From contig JBNGDW010000003.1 of the NCBI GenBank assembly GCA_049975325.1, forward strand, positions 1-39,418: 39,418 bases of DNA, in the 5' to 3' direction. The stretch is from Candidatus Cloacimonadia bacterium (GTDB taxonomy: Bacteria; Cloacimonadota; Cloacimonadia; JGIOTU-2; JBNGDW01). The translations under genes and the position numbers were made by a program. The first letter of the stretch is position 1. Each line of letters opens with the position of its first letter. A model generated the notes under the pieces. That model made no database searches. It was not told where the DNA came from and worked only from the letters and a program-made list of their open reading frames with translations. Positions 1-9,482 of the stretch are shown here, one piece after another.

Positions 1-488
1 TTTCCACATCTCTTACAATTTGATAGGTCTATTGTGATGCGCACCTTACAGGATGTATCTTGCAGACAATGTGGCAACAGAATAAGGATATCTGAAGATT
101 TATGCTTTGGGTGTAAAGCTTTAATCAATGAATTGTTAACCAGAATAAATGAGTCAGCGAGCCTTTCTACAGGGATTCGGAATATCCTATTTCCCACAAA
201 GATACAGATTGGGTACATAACTTGAATAAACAGTTTTACCGCGAAATTTGCCACAAGGAAATTTTTTTCAAGTATTGATGTAAGTAGAACAAGAATCGTG
301 CCAATAACCAATAGCAAAAAGAATATGCGAAGAGCAGAAAGAAAAATAAAAGGTAATGCTTCTCCAAATTCATGCAACCTGGGTGAAATAAAATACCAAA
401 GTGCTGTCACCAAAGCCATTAGCATAGCAAGGCTAATGACAGCAAGCCATAAAAATAATCCTTTTCCGACCGGCTTATCTTTATTCAC
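1..488 (-). CDS. DUF116-family membrane-anchored protein (partial, runs off left edge)
   Basis: Not in the ORF track; translated by hand. A GTG at 488 overlaps the fmt stop and the frame is open to the window edge. Two hydrophobic segments are followed by the Cys motif ILLPHCLQDTSC...SNCKRCG typical of DUF116. Confidence 0.8.
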   Translation of the reverse strand, partial: MNKDKPVGKGLFLWLAVISLAMLMALVTALWYFISPRLHEFGEALPFIFLSALRIFFLLLVIGTILVLLTSILEKNFLVANFAVKLFIQVMYPICIFVGNRIFRIPVERLADSFILVNNSLIKALHPKHKSSDILILLPHCLQDTSCKVRITIDLSNCKRCG

Positions 489-1443
489 TGGAAAATCTCA
501 CCCTCTCTGTTTTGAAATCAGGTATTCCAAGAATAAAATTATAGGCAGACATCTCTTTTTTCCCGGCAGGTTTTATCCGGGTCACGAGTAAAGCTTTTTC
601 CCCCGTGGCTATAATTACCCCTTGATTTTTCATCAGTCCAACAATTGTACCTGGCTTTTCTTCTGGGTGATCATCTTCGGTTGGAGAAGCTTCAATGATC
701 TTTATCTCTTTTTCGTCAAGATAGGTAAACGCACCTGGATATGGGGCAAGCCCCCGGATCCTATTTGCAATGTCTTGCGCTGAGTCGTACCAGTTGATTC
801 TCCTTAGATCTCGAGTGATAAACCTAGAAAAAGTGGCTTGTGAATCGTCTTGAGGAATGGGGTGAGCCTTATCTTCATCTATCAATGAAATTGCTTTTAT
901 TACATCAGACGCCCCCTGAATACTCAGTTTCTTATAAAGAGAGCCATAATTATCTTCCGGCAAAATAGGAATCCTCCTGCCTTGATAGATAATATCACCA
1001 GCATCCATCTTTTCGTTCATAAAGAAGATAGTATTCCCAGTCTCTTTTTCACCATTAAATAAGGTCCAGTTAATTGGGGCTGGTCCGCGATATTTAGGCA
1101 AGAGAGATGGGTGAAGATTTATGCAGCCAAATTTGGGAATAGCAAGAACCTGTTTCCTTAAGATTTTACCATAGGAGACCACGAGAATCAAATCTGGATT
1201 ATACTTTTTCAGTACCTCGGCCGCCTCTCTTGAATTTATATCTTGAGGCTGAAATACTGGAAGATTATTTCTAAGAGCAAACTCTTTTATCTGTGTGGGT
1301 AGGACCTTTTGGCCTCTTCCCTTTTTTCTATCGGGCTGCGTTATAACAAATACACTAAAGCTTCCTTCGGATACGAGGCGAGAAAGGGCTGGCACCCCGA
1401 ACTCAGTAGAACCTATAAATATGATATTATAGATTCGCTTCAC
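481..1443 (-). CDS. fmt: methionyl-tRNA formyltransferase
   Basis: INLHPSLLPKYRGPAPI and MDAGDI motifs; directly downstream of def with a 4-bp overlap. Confidence 0.97.
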   Translation of the reverse strand: MKRIYNIIFIGSTEFGVPALSRLVSEGSFSVFVITQPDRKKGRGQKVLPTQIKEFALRNNLPVFQPQDINSREAAEVLKKYNPDLILVVSYGKILRKQVLAIPKFGCINLHPSLLPKYRGPAPINWTLFNGEKETGNTIFFMNEKMDAGDIIYQGRRIPILPEDNYGSLYKKLSIQGASDVIKAISLIDEDKAHPIPQDDSQATFSRFITRDLRRINWYDSAQDIANRIRGLAPYPGAFTYLDEKEIKIIEASPTEDDHPEEKPGTIVGLMKNQGVIIATGEKALLVTRIKPAGKKEMSAYNFILGIPDFKTERVRFSSE

Positions 1444-1973
1444 TCAATATTTACTCCGTTTTTTGCAGATGAAGAGATTCTCTTTAATTTCCCTTGTAAA
1501 AGTCTTCTCCGAAAAGGTGATATTCTATCTATAAAAAGAACACCATCTAAATGGTCATATTCATGTTGAACCGCACGGGCAAAGAGACCGTGAGCCTGAT
1601 ACTCTTCCCACTTCCCATAGAGATTTTGTGCTTTAAATCTTACGGTTTCCGCCCGTCTAACCTTTTCAAAAATTTCAGGGATGCTTAAACAGCCCTCTTC
1701 TTCGTTTTGTTCTCCCTCAAACTCTAATAAGGTAGGATTGATGAAAACCATAATATTTCTTTTCTTCTCATTCTCTTCCCATATGGGATCGATGACAAAG
1801 ATTCTTAGCGAATATCCAATCTGAGGGGCAGCCAGACCTACTCCCCCATAATGTCGCAGAGTAGCAGAAAGCTCATTGCTAATCTTTTTTATCCTGCTAT
1901 TTGTTATCTGGGAGATGGGTTCCGCCATCTGCCTTAATATTTTATCACCGTATAATCTAACTTTTTGGGCCAT
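1440..1973 (-). CDS. def: peptide deformylase
   Basis: GVGLAAPQIG, EGCLS and QHEYDHLDG signature motifs. Confidence 0.98.
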   Translation of the reverse strand: MAQKVRLYGDKILRQMAEPISQITNSRIKKISNELSATLRHYGGVGLAAPQIGYSLRIFVIDPIWEENEKKRNIMVFINPTLLEFEGEQNEEEGCLSIPEIFEKVRRAETVRFKAQNLYGKWEEYQAHGLFARAVQHEYDHLDGVLFIDRISPFRRRLLQGKLKRISSSAKNGVNIE

Positions 1974-1978
1974 CTAAA

Positions 1979-2293
1979 TTATGAAATTTTATCAGAAATC
2001 GCAGATTTTCTTACACGAATTTTTACATTATCATCAACCTTTAAGACTACTTCATCACCTTGAATGCTGTATACTGTGCCTATTATCCCGCCAGCAGTGG
2101 CAACTTTGTCGTTCTTTTGAATACTTTCCCGCATTTTCATTACCTCTTTCTGCCGCTTCTGCTGGGGTCTTATAAGCAAAAAATAAAATATCACAAATAT
2201 TAAGATAATAGGTAGCAATCCACCCAACAGACTTCCTCCTTGAGGAGCCGGTTGTGCTGGCTGGTTCTGCGCATATAAAATCGCTGTAAACAT
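1979..2293 (-). CDS. yajC: preprotein translocase subunit YajC
   Basis: FYFLLIRPQQKRQK and DKVATAGGIIG motifs; AAGGAG Shine-Dalgarno sequence upstream. Confidence 0.95.
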   Translation of the reverse strand: MFTAILYAQNQPAQPAPQGGSLLGGLLPIILIFVIFYFLLIRPQQKRQKEVMKMRESIQKNDKVATAGGIIGTVYSIQGDEVVLKVDDNVKIRVRKSAISDKIS

Positions 2294-2311
2294 TATATAC
2301 TCCTTCCGTCA

Positions 2312-2327
2312 TCCGCCATTTGGCGGA
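2312..2327. repeat. REP-like palindrome copy 1 (TCCGCCATTTGGCGGA)
   Basis: Inverted repeat ATCCGCCA-TT-TGGCGGAT just upstream of the yajC ribosome-binding site; same arms as four other copies. Confidence 0.8.
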
Positions 2328-2415
2328 TTATTTATTTTTAATATAAGAGAACTATGAATAGTGTCATTTTTTTTGTTTTGAGTTTATAAGTCAACAATTA
2401 GAAAGTTTAAGCTTG

Positions 2416-2437
2416 TGCGCCAGCCGGCGGATTGAAA
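2416..2437. repeat. REP-like palindrome copy 2 (TGCGCCAGCCGGCGGA-TTGAAA)
   Basis: 2418-2437 CGCCAGCCGGCGGATTGAAA is identical to 25907-25926; it lies just after the stop codon of the PDZ gene. Confidence 0.8.
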
Positions 2438-2440
2438 TGA

Positions 2441-3694
2441 TTATTTTTCGAGAAGGGGAAGCTTTTCCATCACAGCAAGAATCTCTTTATTTTTTTTGTA
2501 GATCTTCACCAGGGCTGATACTTCATTTTTTCTTATATTCTGAGTCCAATGTTCTCGAGCTCCCAGCAGGTCTTTTGGAATGAGTTTTTGAGAATCGAGA
2601 AGAATTTTGCTCTCTACATTATAAAATTTTAGAAGACGTTTTAGATGTTCCGCCGAATCAGGAAAAATATCTATAAGTCTGTCTAAATATTGAGAGGCTG
2701 TAGAAAATTGCTGCTGATAATGTGAAAATAAAATCAGATTAGTATTGCACTCTGTCTGAAACTGTTCGTCGCTCAATTTTTCAAAATACTCCCTGTCAGA
2801 CAACCAATCAATCCATTTCTTTATTGCTATATTTCCTGCATAAATTTCTCCGAAATGAGCCGCGCTGAGAATTTGCAATGCCTTTTCTATACTTCTTCTA
2901 AGTATTTCTACAAATTTTCCTTCTATTTTTACATCAGGCTTTTCTGTAAAGATGAGAATACTCTCCGGTATATGATCGACGAGTTCATAATCAAAAGTTT
3001 TATCTTGATAACTGCGACAAAAGAACTCATTTTTTTGGCGCTGATAACCTGTGATAATACCCCAATCATTATTTCCGAAAAGATTATATGCAAGCACAGG
3101 AATACCCCTATCAATGCTTTCAACAATAGCTTTATGGCGAGTAGAGGCAGGATCTTTTTTATTGTAACGGACTACAGGCCAGCCGAGATTTTCAAATAAG
3201 AATTTGACACAATCAAAGCCAACAGCAGGGTCAAGATGTTCAGGCAAAGGTGGAGTATGAAATTGTATACGAAAAGGATAAACAGAAAAACCTTGTAATA
3301 ACAACTGTTCTATATCAATAGAAAGACTTCTAAGCAAGGTAGTAAGTGCACCAAAAAAGGTGTTTTCCATTCCAGATTTACTTTCTAATCTTTCTACACC
3401 CTCTATTCGTTTTGCATCAGGTAAGATTTCGTGATCAGCTTCGCGCTCTGCAACATATATACCCATTTCTCCTGGTAATATCTGGAAAAAGGCATACTCC
3501 TCCCCTCTCCTTACTTTTATTACAATATTTGATGTATGTTGATATTTCTTTTCCAGTTCGAGTAGTTGCTCTTCGCTGATTACTCTTTCACCTTGATATT
3601 CCAGGATCCAATCCCCTTCCTGAAGCCCTCGCTCAGCGAGTTGACTATTTCCATAGAATGCTATTATTTGTAAACCAGATATTCTTTCTGGCAT
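2441..3694 (-). CDS. PDZ-domain protein with C-terminal papain/C39-like (BtrH_N-like) region, function unknown
   Basis: N-terminal SQLAERGLQEGDWILEYQGERV is PDZ-like. The central IDRGIPVLAY...WGIITGY resembles the C39/BtrH_N fold. GGAG Shine-Dalgarno sequence upstream. Confidence 0.6.
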   Translation of the reverse strand: MPERISGLQIIAFYGNSQLAERGLQEGDWILEYQGERVISEEQLLELEKKYQHTSNIVIKVRRGEEYAFFQILPGEMGIYVAEREADHEILPDAKRIEGVERLESKSGMENTFFGALTTLLRSLSIDIEQLLLQGFSVYPFRIQFHTPPLPEHLDPAVGFDCVKFLFENLGWPVVRYNKKDPASTRHKAIVESIDRGIPVLAYNLFGNNDWGIITGYQRQKNEFFCRSYQDKTFDYELVDHIPESILIFTEKPDVKIEGKFVEILRRSIEKALQILSAAHFGEIYAGNIAIKKWIDWLSDREYFEKLSDEQFQTECNTNLILFSHYQQQFSTASQYLDRLIDIFPDSAEHLKRLLKFYNVESKILLDSQKLIPKDLLGAREHWTQNIRKNEVSALVKIYKKNKEILAVMEKLPLLEK

Positions 3695-3769
3695 AGATCA
3701 TAAACTCCTATAGGTTTGCCACAATTAGATATGTATGTTTTCTTTTGTCAAGATAATAATTGTATTTCG

Positions 3770-3785
3770 TCCGCCGGCTGGCGGA
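3770..3785. repeat. REP-like palindrome copy 3 (TCCGCCGGCTGGCGGA)
   Basis: Exact reverse complement of the copy at 25905-25920; a GC-rich island inside an AT-rich intergenic region. Confidence 0.8.
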
Positions 3786-3882
3786 TAAAGCTTTACTTTA
3801 GATATATGCCCCAACTTATTTCTAATAAGCAAATTAGAATTAAATATATAAAATGTTTCCTTGGCTATATAAATATACAATC

Positions 3883-4731
3883 TTAACCTATCAGAACCCC
3901 TGTCTCAACTTTTTTGATTATACTCTCTTTTGGACTTGCAAGATGTGACTCTACTTTATTCAAGAAAGATGAGATTACTTCGTATGAGATTTTTCGCCGC
4001 TTCATGGTAGTCGTCTGCCGCTGTAATACATAAATACCATCGATATCTATATCTTTTAGGTCTATATTAAAATCATCGTTAACTACCTCGCACACAAGCA
4101 GGCATAATAGTCGTGGAAAAAATGTCTTAATTTTTTTCACCTGATTTTGTAATTTGAGAAGATACCATTCATCCAGAACCAAAGCAGTTGAAACTGTCAC
4201 AAACGGCAAGACTATCGTTTCATTTATGTAACTCTTTCTACCTGAAACGCGGTACTTAAAATCAAAATCTCTTCCGATGATCAGTCGCATTTTCTGTTTT
4301 GATATATCAATGATATTTTCATTTTTAATATTTTCGATACTGTCATAATCCACTTTGAAGCCTATAGGTATCTCAGCGCGGTCAAGGAAAAAATTTTTAT
4401 CCTCAAAGATGTCAATATCTTTCATTATATAATAAATAAATTCCGACAGAGCCGTTTCAAAAAGCTTTCTCTCTCGTAGAAAAGTATTCTCTTCTCTAAA
4501 TTTTTTTGAAAACAAGAAAGACCTGTAGTCGCTGTATAAGGCTATCTTTTCCTTGAGTTGATCAGGGCTGTTTGATGTGATCTCCAAGTAGGCGGCATTC
4601 CATTTTTTATATTGAAGATTAATCTCATTAAGATACATTGTACGGCGAGGATCTTTCTCTTCTTTAAGCATCTCTTGAATAGTTTCACCATGGCGAAATG
4701 TTTTCATAGTAGCAACTCTTCCTTCAGGCAA
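3883..4731 (-). CDS. Bpu10I-family restriction endonuclease-like protein, catalytic motif degenerate
   Basis: N-terminal HG, LSEFIYY, and C-terminal IDGIYVLQRQ...VESHL...ETGVLI follow the Bpu10I-family layout as I recall it. The expected ECK motif reads STA. Alternative start: ATG at 4707. Confidence 0.6.
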   Translation of the reverse strand: MPEGRVATMKTFRHGETIQEMLKEEKDPRRTMYLNEINLQYKKWNAAYLEITSNSPDQLKEKIALYSDYRSFLFSKKFREENTFLRERKLFETALSEFIYYIMKDIDIFEDKNFFLDRAEIPIGFKVDYDSIENIKNENIIDISKQKMRLIIGRDFDFKYRVSGRKSYINETIVLPFVTVSTALVLDEWYLLKLQNQVKKIKTFFPRLLCLLVCEVVNDDFNIDLKDIDIDGIYVLQRQTTTMKRRKISYEVISSFLNKVESHLASPKESIIKKVETGVLIG

Positions 4732-4766
4732 ATCATTTTTACCTAACCGTGTTTAAATACTCATAT

Positions 4767-6071
4767 TTATTTTTTTAGTTCCTGATAAATTGGAAATCTA
4801 TCACAGAGCCCTTTTACCTGTTTTTTTACTTCAGCAAGTTTCTCATCATTATCGTAATTATCATAAACACTCTTTATGAAATTAGCTATTTCAACCATTT
4901 CTGGTTCTTTCATACCTCGTGTCGTAACAGCAGGGGTTCCGAGTCTTATTCCACTTGTTACGAATGGGCTGCGTGTATCAAACGGTACAGTATTTTTATT
5001 TGCAGTAATTCCAGCTTTGTCAAGTGCTTCTTCGATTTTTTTACCACTTGGGCCTTCTCCCTTTTTGCCAAGATTTATTAGCATAAGATGATTATCTGTA
5101 CCTCCAGAAACAAGTTTAAAGTTTAAGTCTGTAAGGGTATCTGCTAATGTGTTAGCATTTTTTATAATTTGATGTTGGTACTGCTTAAATTCTTCTGATT
5201 GTGCCTGTTTCATGGCGATAGCCTTTGCTGCAATTATATGCATCAAAGGTCCTCCTTGGATTCCAGGCATAACGGTTTTATCTAACTGGTCTTGATATTT
5301 TGCCTTGCAAAGTATCATGCCTCCTCTGGGCCCACGCAGAGTCTTATGGGTTGTTGTGGTGACAAAATCAGCATAAGGAATTGGAGAAGGATGGAGTCCT
5401 GCCACAATAAGACCAGCTATATGTGCAATATCTGCCACGAGATATGCATCTACTTCATCCGCAATTTTTCTAAATTTCTTAAAATCTATAATTCGAGGAT
5501 AGGCAGAGGCTCCACACATAATCAATTTTGGTTTCTCTTGTTTTGCAATCTTAAGTATTTCATCATAGTTAAACTGTTCTGTTTCTGGATCAACCCCATA
5601 ATGGACAACTTTATAAAAGATACCAGAGAAACTTACATCATGCCCATGTGTAAGATGCCCACCATGTGCGAGACTCAGTCCCATTATCTTGTCTCCAGGG
5701 TTTAGAACTGCAAAGTATACAGCCATATTTGCCTGCGAACCGGAGTGGGGTTGAACATTTGCATGTTCTGCCCCGAAGAGTTCCTTTGCTCGCTCGATCG
5801 CAAGCCGTTCTGCATCATTTACAAAATCACATCCACCATAGTAACGTCCACTTAATCTATATGTAAGCTCCCCTGTTTCCTTGCTCCGCCTATATGGATA
5901 GCCCTCTGCATACTTATTGGTCATTATGCATCCAGCAGCTTCTAAGATAGAATAATCTACATAATTTTCCGAGGCTATAAGCTCAAGATTTTCAGACTGC
6001 CTTTGCAATTCACCCATAATAGCTTCATAAATTTCTAGATCTTTCTTTTTAATTTCGTCATAATTTATCAT
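4767..6071 (-). CDS. glyA: serine hydroxymethyltransferase
   Basis: [21 protein letters not shown] and [13 protein letters not shown] (PLP lysine) motifs. ATG at 6071 is preferred over TTG at 6083 because GGAGG lies just upstream of it. Confidence 0.98.
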   Translation of the reverse strand: MINYDEIKKKDLEIYEAIMGELQRQSENLELIASENYVDYSILEAAGCIMTNKYAEGYPYRRSKETGELTYRLSGRYYGGCDFVNDAERLAIERAKELFGAEHANVQPHSGSQANMAVYFAVLNPGDKIMGLSLAHGGHLTHGHDVSFSGIFYKVVHYGVDPETEQFNYDEILKIAKQEKPKLIMCGASAYPRIIDFKKFRKIADEVDAYLVADIAHIAGLIVAGLHPSPIPYADFVTTTTHKTLRGPRGGMILCKAKYQDQLDKTVMPGIQGGPLMHIIAAKAIAMKQAQSEEFKQYQHQIIKNANTLADTLTDLNFKLVSGGTDNHLMLINLGKKGEGPSGKKIEEALDKAGITANKNTVPFDTRSPFVTSGIRLGTPAVTTRGMKEPEMVEIANFIKSVYDNYDNDEKLAEVKKQVKGLCDRFPIYQELKK

Positions 6072-6151
6072 GGTATCCTCCAAACCTTATGCTTGTTATC
6101 ACAAATTTTATCTTTTCTATATTACTTTTCCGCCTAAGAGATGCAAGGGAT

Positions 6152-6625
6152 TTACCTGTTGCCAGAAAGGTGGATATCTCTCGAATAATGAGATAATTCG
6201 AATTTTTGAATTTTTTCAAGTCTTCTTTGATGCCGTCCTGCCTCAAAATTTGTGGAAAGCCAGGTACTAGTTATTTCCTTTGCTTGTGACTCAGCCATAA
6301 ATCTACCGGGCAAAACCAGAATATTTGCGTTATTATGTTTTCGAGAAAGGATAGCAATCTCTACAGAAGTACAAAGTGCAGCCCGAATACCCTGCACTTT
6401 ATTGGCAGCGATTGACATACCTATTCCGCTGCCACAAAGTAGAATACCCCGATCATATTCACCACTTGCTACCTTTTGGGCAGCGGGAAATCCATAATCA
6501 GGGTAATCAACCGATTCCTCGTTGAATGTTCCTATATCAGTTACTTTGTATTTTCCCTGTAAAAACTTATACAAAGCCTTTTTTAGTTTGAATCCAGCAT
6601 GATCAGATGCTATAATTATTTTCAT
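6152..6625 (-). CDS. rpiB: ribose-5-phosphate isomerase B
   Basis: SDHAG, VDYPD, CGSGIG, HNNAN and GRHQRR motifs. Confidence 0.97.
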   Translation of the reverse strand: MKIIIASDHAGFKLKKALYKFLQGKYKVTDIGTFNEESVDYPDYGFPAAQKVASGEYDRGILLCGSGIGMSIAANKVQGIRAALCTSVEIAILSRKHNNANILVLPGRFMAESQAKEITSTWLSTNFEAGRHQRRLEKIQKFELSHYSRDIHLSGNR

Positions 6626-6628
6626 AGT

Positions 6629-7537
6629 TTATATGACATTTAGTGCTCCTAAAAGGATGGAGTAATATTTCGATTTATCGCTATCTGCACGGGAAGTTAA
6701 AACACATGGAGCTGAAGCCCCTGAAACCATTGCAGCAAGCTCGCCACCTGCCAGATAGGTTAGTGTCTTATAAATCGCATTTGCGGCTTCTATGCTGGGA
6801 AAAATAAAAATATCAGCATCACCGGCTACCTCGCTTTTCACATTCTTTACCTTTACACTTTCCTTGGATACTGCTAAATCCATTGCAAGTGGACCATCTA
6901 TAAGAATATTCTTAAATTGCTTACGATCCTGCATCTTAGATAGGATTGCAGCATCAATGGTGCAGGGCATTTTGGGATTTACTTCCTCAGTAGGTGCAAT
7001 TATGGCGGCTTTGGGAATCTCAATCCCAAGCGAGTTAGCAACCTTTTGACAATATTGTATCATTTTAATCTTTTGCGAAAGATCCGGATATGGAATCACA
7101 GCAACATCAGACAAGATCATTAACTTATGGTATCTTGGTATTTCAACCACTGTTACATGTGACAGGATTTCACCCTGTGGTAAAAGTCCTTTTTCTTTGT
7201 TCAGAATTACTCTCATATAATTTGCTGTACTACAAAGCCCTTTCATAAGGAAATCTGCTTCCCCCTCATGTATCAATTGGATTGCTTTTTCAATCCCATC
7301 TTTCTCCGATTCGACTTCGACGATCTGCATCAAAGAAATATCGACGCCCTGTTCCTCGGCAACGCTCTTTATCTTATCGGGAAATCCTGTAACTATTACA
7401 TCTATGAATCCATTATTTAGTGCCTTACAAATCGCACTTATCGTATGTGGGTCCTGACCCATTGCAACTGCCAGTGTCTTGCGAGGCTTGTCTCTTACCA
7501 GTGTCTCTAATTGCTCAAGATGTTGAATTGGTTTCAC
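6629..7537 (-). CDS. ptb: phosphate butyryl/acetyltransferase (PTA/PTB family)
   Basis: ADFLMKG, DGPLAMDLA, VAGDADI and LTSRADS motifs; GTG start preceded by GGAG. Confidence 0.88.
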   Translation of the reverse strand: MKPIQHLEQLETLVRDKPRKTLAVAMGQDPHTISAICKALNNGFIDVIVTGFPDKIKSVAEEQGVDISLMQIVEVESEKDGIEKAIQLIHEGEADFLMKGLCSTANYMRVILNKEKGLLPQGEILSHVTVVEIPRYHKLMILSDVAVIPYPDLSQKIKMIQYCQKVANSLGIEIPKAAIIAPTEEVNPKMPCTIDAAILSKMQDRKQFKNILIDGPLAMDLAVSKESVKVKNVKSEVAGDADIFIFPSIEAANAIYKTLTYLAGGELAAMVSGASAPCVLTSRADSDKSKYYSILLGALNVI

Positions 7538-7687
7538 GGTTTCTCCAAAAAATTTGTTTTAACACCTTTCGAAAGTATACTAAAACTGCTGTCAAGTAAA
7601 TCTAAATTTTTCTAAAATTTTATTTACTAAACAAAAAATTTGGCAATACTTGACTGTAATTTTAGATTTTCTATGCAATGACATTGT

Positions 7688-7762
7688 GGCCCCATCGTCT
7701 AGTGGTTAGGACGCCAGACTCTCATTCTGGTAACAGGGGTTCGACTCCCCTTGGGGCTACCA
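7688..7762 (+). tRNA. tRNA-Glu (CTC)
   Basis: GGCCCCA/TGGGGCT acceptor stem, anticodon arm CCAGA-CTCTCAT-TCTGG, TTCGACT T-loop, encoded CCA. Confidence 0.96.
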
Positions 7763-7794
7763 CTAATATTTTACAACTTTTAACTACCCAGCGT

Positions 7795-8451
7795 CTACTT
7801 AACCCTGCCCACTGGCAGGATATAGATGATATGATTTTCAACAGGGAGTTCCTGCTGTAGCCTTTGCTCATCAAATGCTCCGATAGCTACAGTTCCAAGC
7901 CCCAAAGCTTCGCATTGGAGATAAATATTTTGTGCTATATGCCCTGCCTCAAGAAAGGTATATCTTATACCTCTATCACCATATTTAGGTGTAATAACCT
8001 CGTAATCTGCAACAAGCAAAATGGTAACAGGAGGGCTCTTAAGCGCTTTCTGCCAAAGTCCTGAAGAATATATCTTAGCTTGATAAGAAGTGGAATCTAT
8101 CTGATGAAGATAATGTTCCTCAGGAATATATCTATAAAGGCCTTCTTCAACCTCAGTCACATTATTGACAGCAATGTAAAGATCTATCGGATACAATGCA
8201 CCCGCAGAGGGTGCTGTCCTAAAATAAGGTTCTTCTGTAATACCTTGACCTGCCCATAATATCTGACTTAGTTGTCTGATTGTCAGGGGCTTTTCAGTAT
8301 AACTTCGTCGTGAGCGCCTCGTTGATAATGCTTCTTCTACGGAGGTTTCGCTCTGTAACTCTGGTTTAGGTAACTTTATAATCATATCATCTGCAAGGCA
8401 ATTTGCTGAAAATAAGATAAGAACTACCCAGAGAATAAATATCTGTTTCAT
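7795..8451 (-). CDS. SagB/ThcOx-type nitroreductase-family protein with N-terminal signal peptide
   Basis: RRSRRSY, RTAPSAGALYP and EAGHIAQNIYL motifs; hydrophobic leader ending in ANCLA. Confidence 0.9.
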   Translation of the reverse strand: MKQIFILWVVLILFSANCLADDMIIKLPKPELQSETSVEEALSTRRSRRSYTEKPLTIRQLSQILWAGQGITEEPYFRTAPSAGALYPIDLYIAVNNVTEVEEGLYRYIPEEHYLHQIDSTSYQAKIYSSGLWQKALKSPPVTILLVADYEVITPKYGDRGIRYTFLEAGHIAQNIYLQCEALGLGTVAIGAFDEQRLQQELPVENHIIYILPVGRVK

Positions 8452-8497
8452 TATCCTGCAAAGCCATCATATAGTAGAACGAAACTTTATCAGGCTA

Positions 8498-8917
8498 TTA
8501 TTTTTTTCGTCTGCTAAATATTCCTTTTAAGGCTATCAAAACAAAGAAGATGCCAGCATATTTTATCGCCCTAAGATATAGCTTGGTTTTATTCACAACT
8601 TCTACAAACCGTGCCTCATCGCCTTTGATTTCGATATAACCCACAGGTTCTGCATCTACTTTTAATCCTAATCCTCCCCCTTTTCCTTTTGCGACTGGTT
8701 CTTCTTTCTCAGGTTTTTCTGCTTTTTGTGGTTGTTCGGGTTTTTCAGATCCAGATGGCTCACCAAAGCCGCCGCCACCTCCTCCCTTCAATCGAATGGA
8801 AGCAACAGGAATGATTGAAATATTCCCAATTTTCTTAATTTCCCCAAACACTGCGGTTGTGTTTGCGGTCTTTTCAATATTTGTCTTAATTTGTTGGATT
8901 AATTCTTTTACATCCAT
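8498..8917 (-). CDS. GerW/YtfJ-family protein
   Basis: VFGE...IIPVAS...GGGGGG...GGGLG...PVGYI pattern; C-terminal transmembrane segment. Confidence 0.8.
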   Translation of the reverse strand: MDVKELIQQIKTNIEKTANTTAVFGEIKKIGNISIIPVASIRLKGGGGGGFGEPSGSEKPEQPQKAEKPEKEEPVAKGKGGGLGLKVDAEPVGYIEIKGDEARFVEVVNKTKLYLRAIKYAGIFFVLIALKGIFSRRKK

Positions 8918-8962
8918 TTTTTCTCCTACCTTTCCAAATAAAAGATTATTTGGAAGATTATT

Positions 8963-9454
8963 TTATTCTGATGCGTGTACTAATTTTTTCTTAATATAAG
9001 GTAGTAATCCTCCACTTCGTATAATTTCCTGCATTTGTGGAGGAAGGGGTGGAAAGCTAAAAGTCTTTTCCCCTACCGTTACCTTACCATGTATTTCATC
9101 TATTTCAACCTTATCACCTTTTTGATATGCATCGACAGCCTCTGGAGATTCTATTAAAAGAAGCCCCTGGTTTGTCGCACTGCGATAGAAAATCCGTGCA
9201 AATGATTTTGCTATAATTGCCTTTATACCTACATACTTTAAGCCAATAGCAGGTTGTTCTCGTGATGAGCCACAGCCAAAATTTTTGCCTGCCAAAATGA
9301 TATCACCTGGTTCAACTTTTTGGTGAAAATCAGGGTCAAGGTCCTCAAAAAGGTGCTTTTTCACGAATTCCGGATCTGAAGATTCATAGGTATATTTTCC
9401 GGGAAACATTAGGTCTGTATTGATATCGTCTTGATTATAATAAAAGACTTTCAT
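8963..9454 (-). CDS. LeuD/HacB/DmdB-type dehydratase small subunit (copy 1)
   Basis: DINTD, GKNFGCGSSRE and SFARIFYR motifs; short archaeal-type length; substrate not determined. Confidence 0.88.
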   Translation of the reverse strand: MKVFYYNQDDINTDLMFPGKYTYESSDPEFVKKHLFEDLDPDFHQKVEPGDIILAGKNFGCGSSREQPAIGLKYVGIKAIIAKSFARIFYRSATNQGLLLIESPEAVDAYQKGDKVEIDEIHGKVTVGEKTFSFPPLPPQMQEIIRSGGLLPYIKKKLVHASE

Positions 9455-9482
9455 TGTTTACCTCTTTACCTTCCATGTTTGA

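Noticed and set aside
34-591. Plus-strand ORFs 34..225 and 298..591, and the many other short ORFs overlapping long genes throughout the window
   Set aside because: They are antisense or out-of-frame shadows of well-supported genes (here DUF116 and fmt), with no recognisable motifs or ribosome-binding sites.
2312-2437. Neighbouring palindromes as a mini CRISPR array
   Set aside because: The repeats are only 16-20 bp, non-identical and irregularly spaced, and no cas genes are present.
5885-5898. TCCGCC at the edge of the GlyA insertion as a palindrome remnant
   Set aside because: Only one 6-bp arm matches and there is no GGCGGA partner.
7688-7800. tRNA genes as integration sites of a genomic island or prophage
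   Set aside because: No integrase, no duplicated tRNA 3' end and no phage genes were seen next to any of the five tRNAs.
8498-8917. GerW/YtfJ homolog as evidence of sporulation
   Set aside because: The family is widespread in non-sporulating bacteria and archaea, and no other sporulation genes are present.
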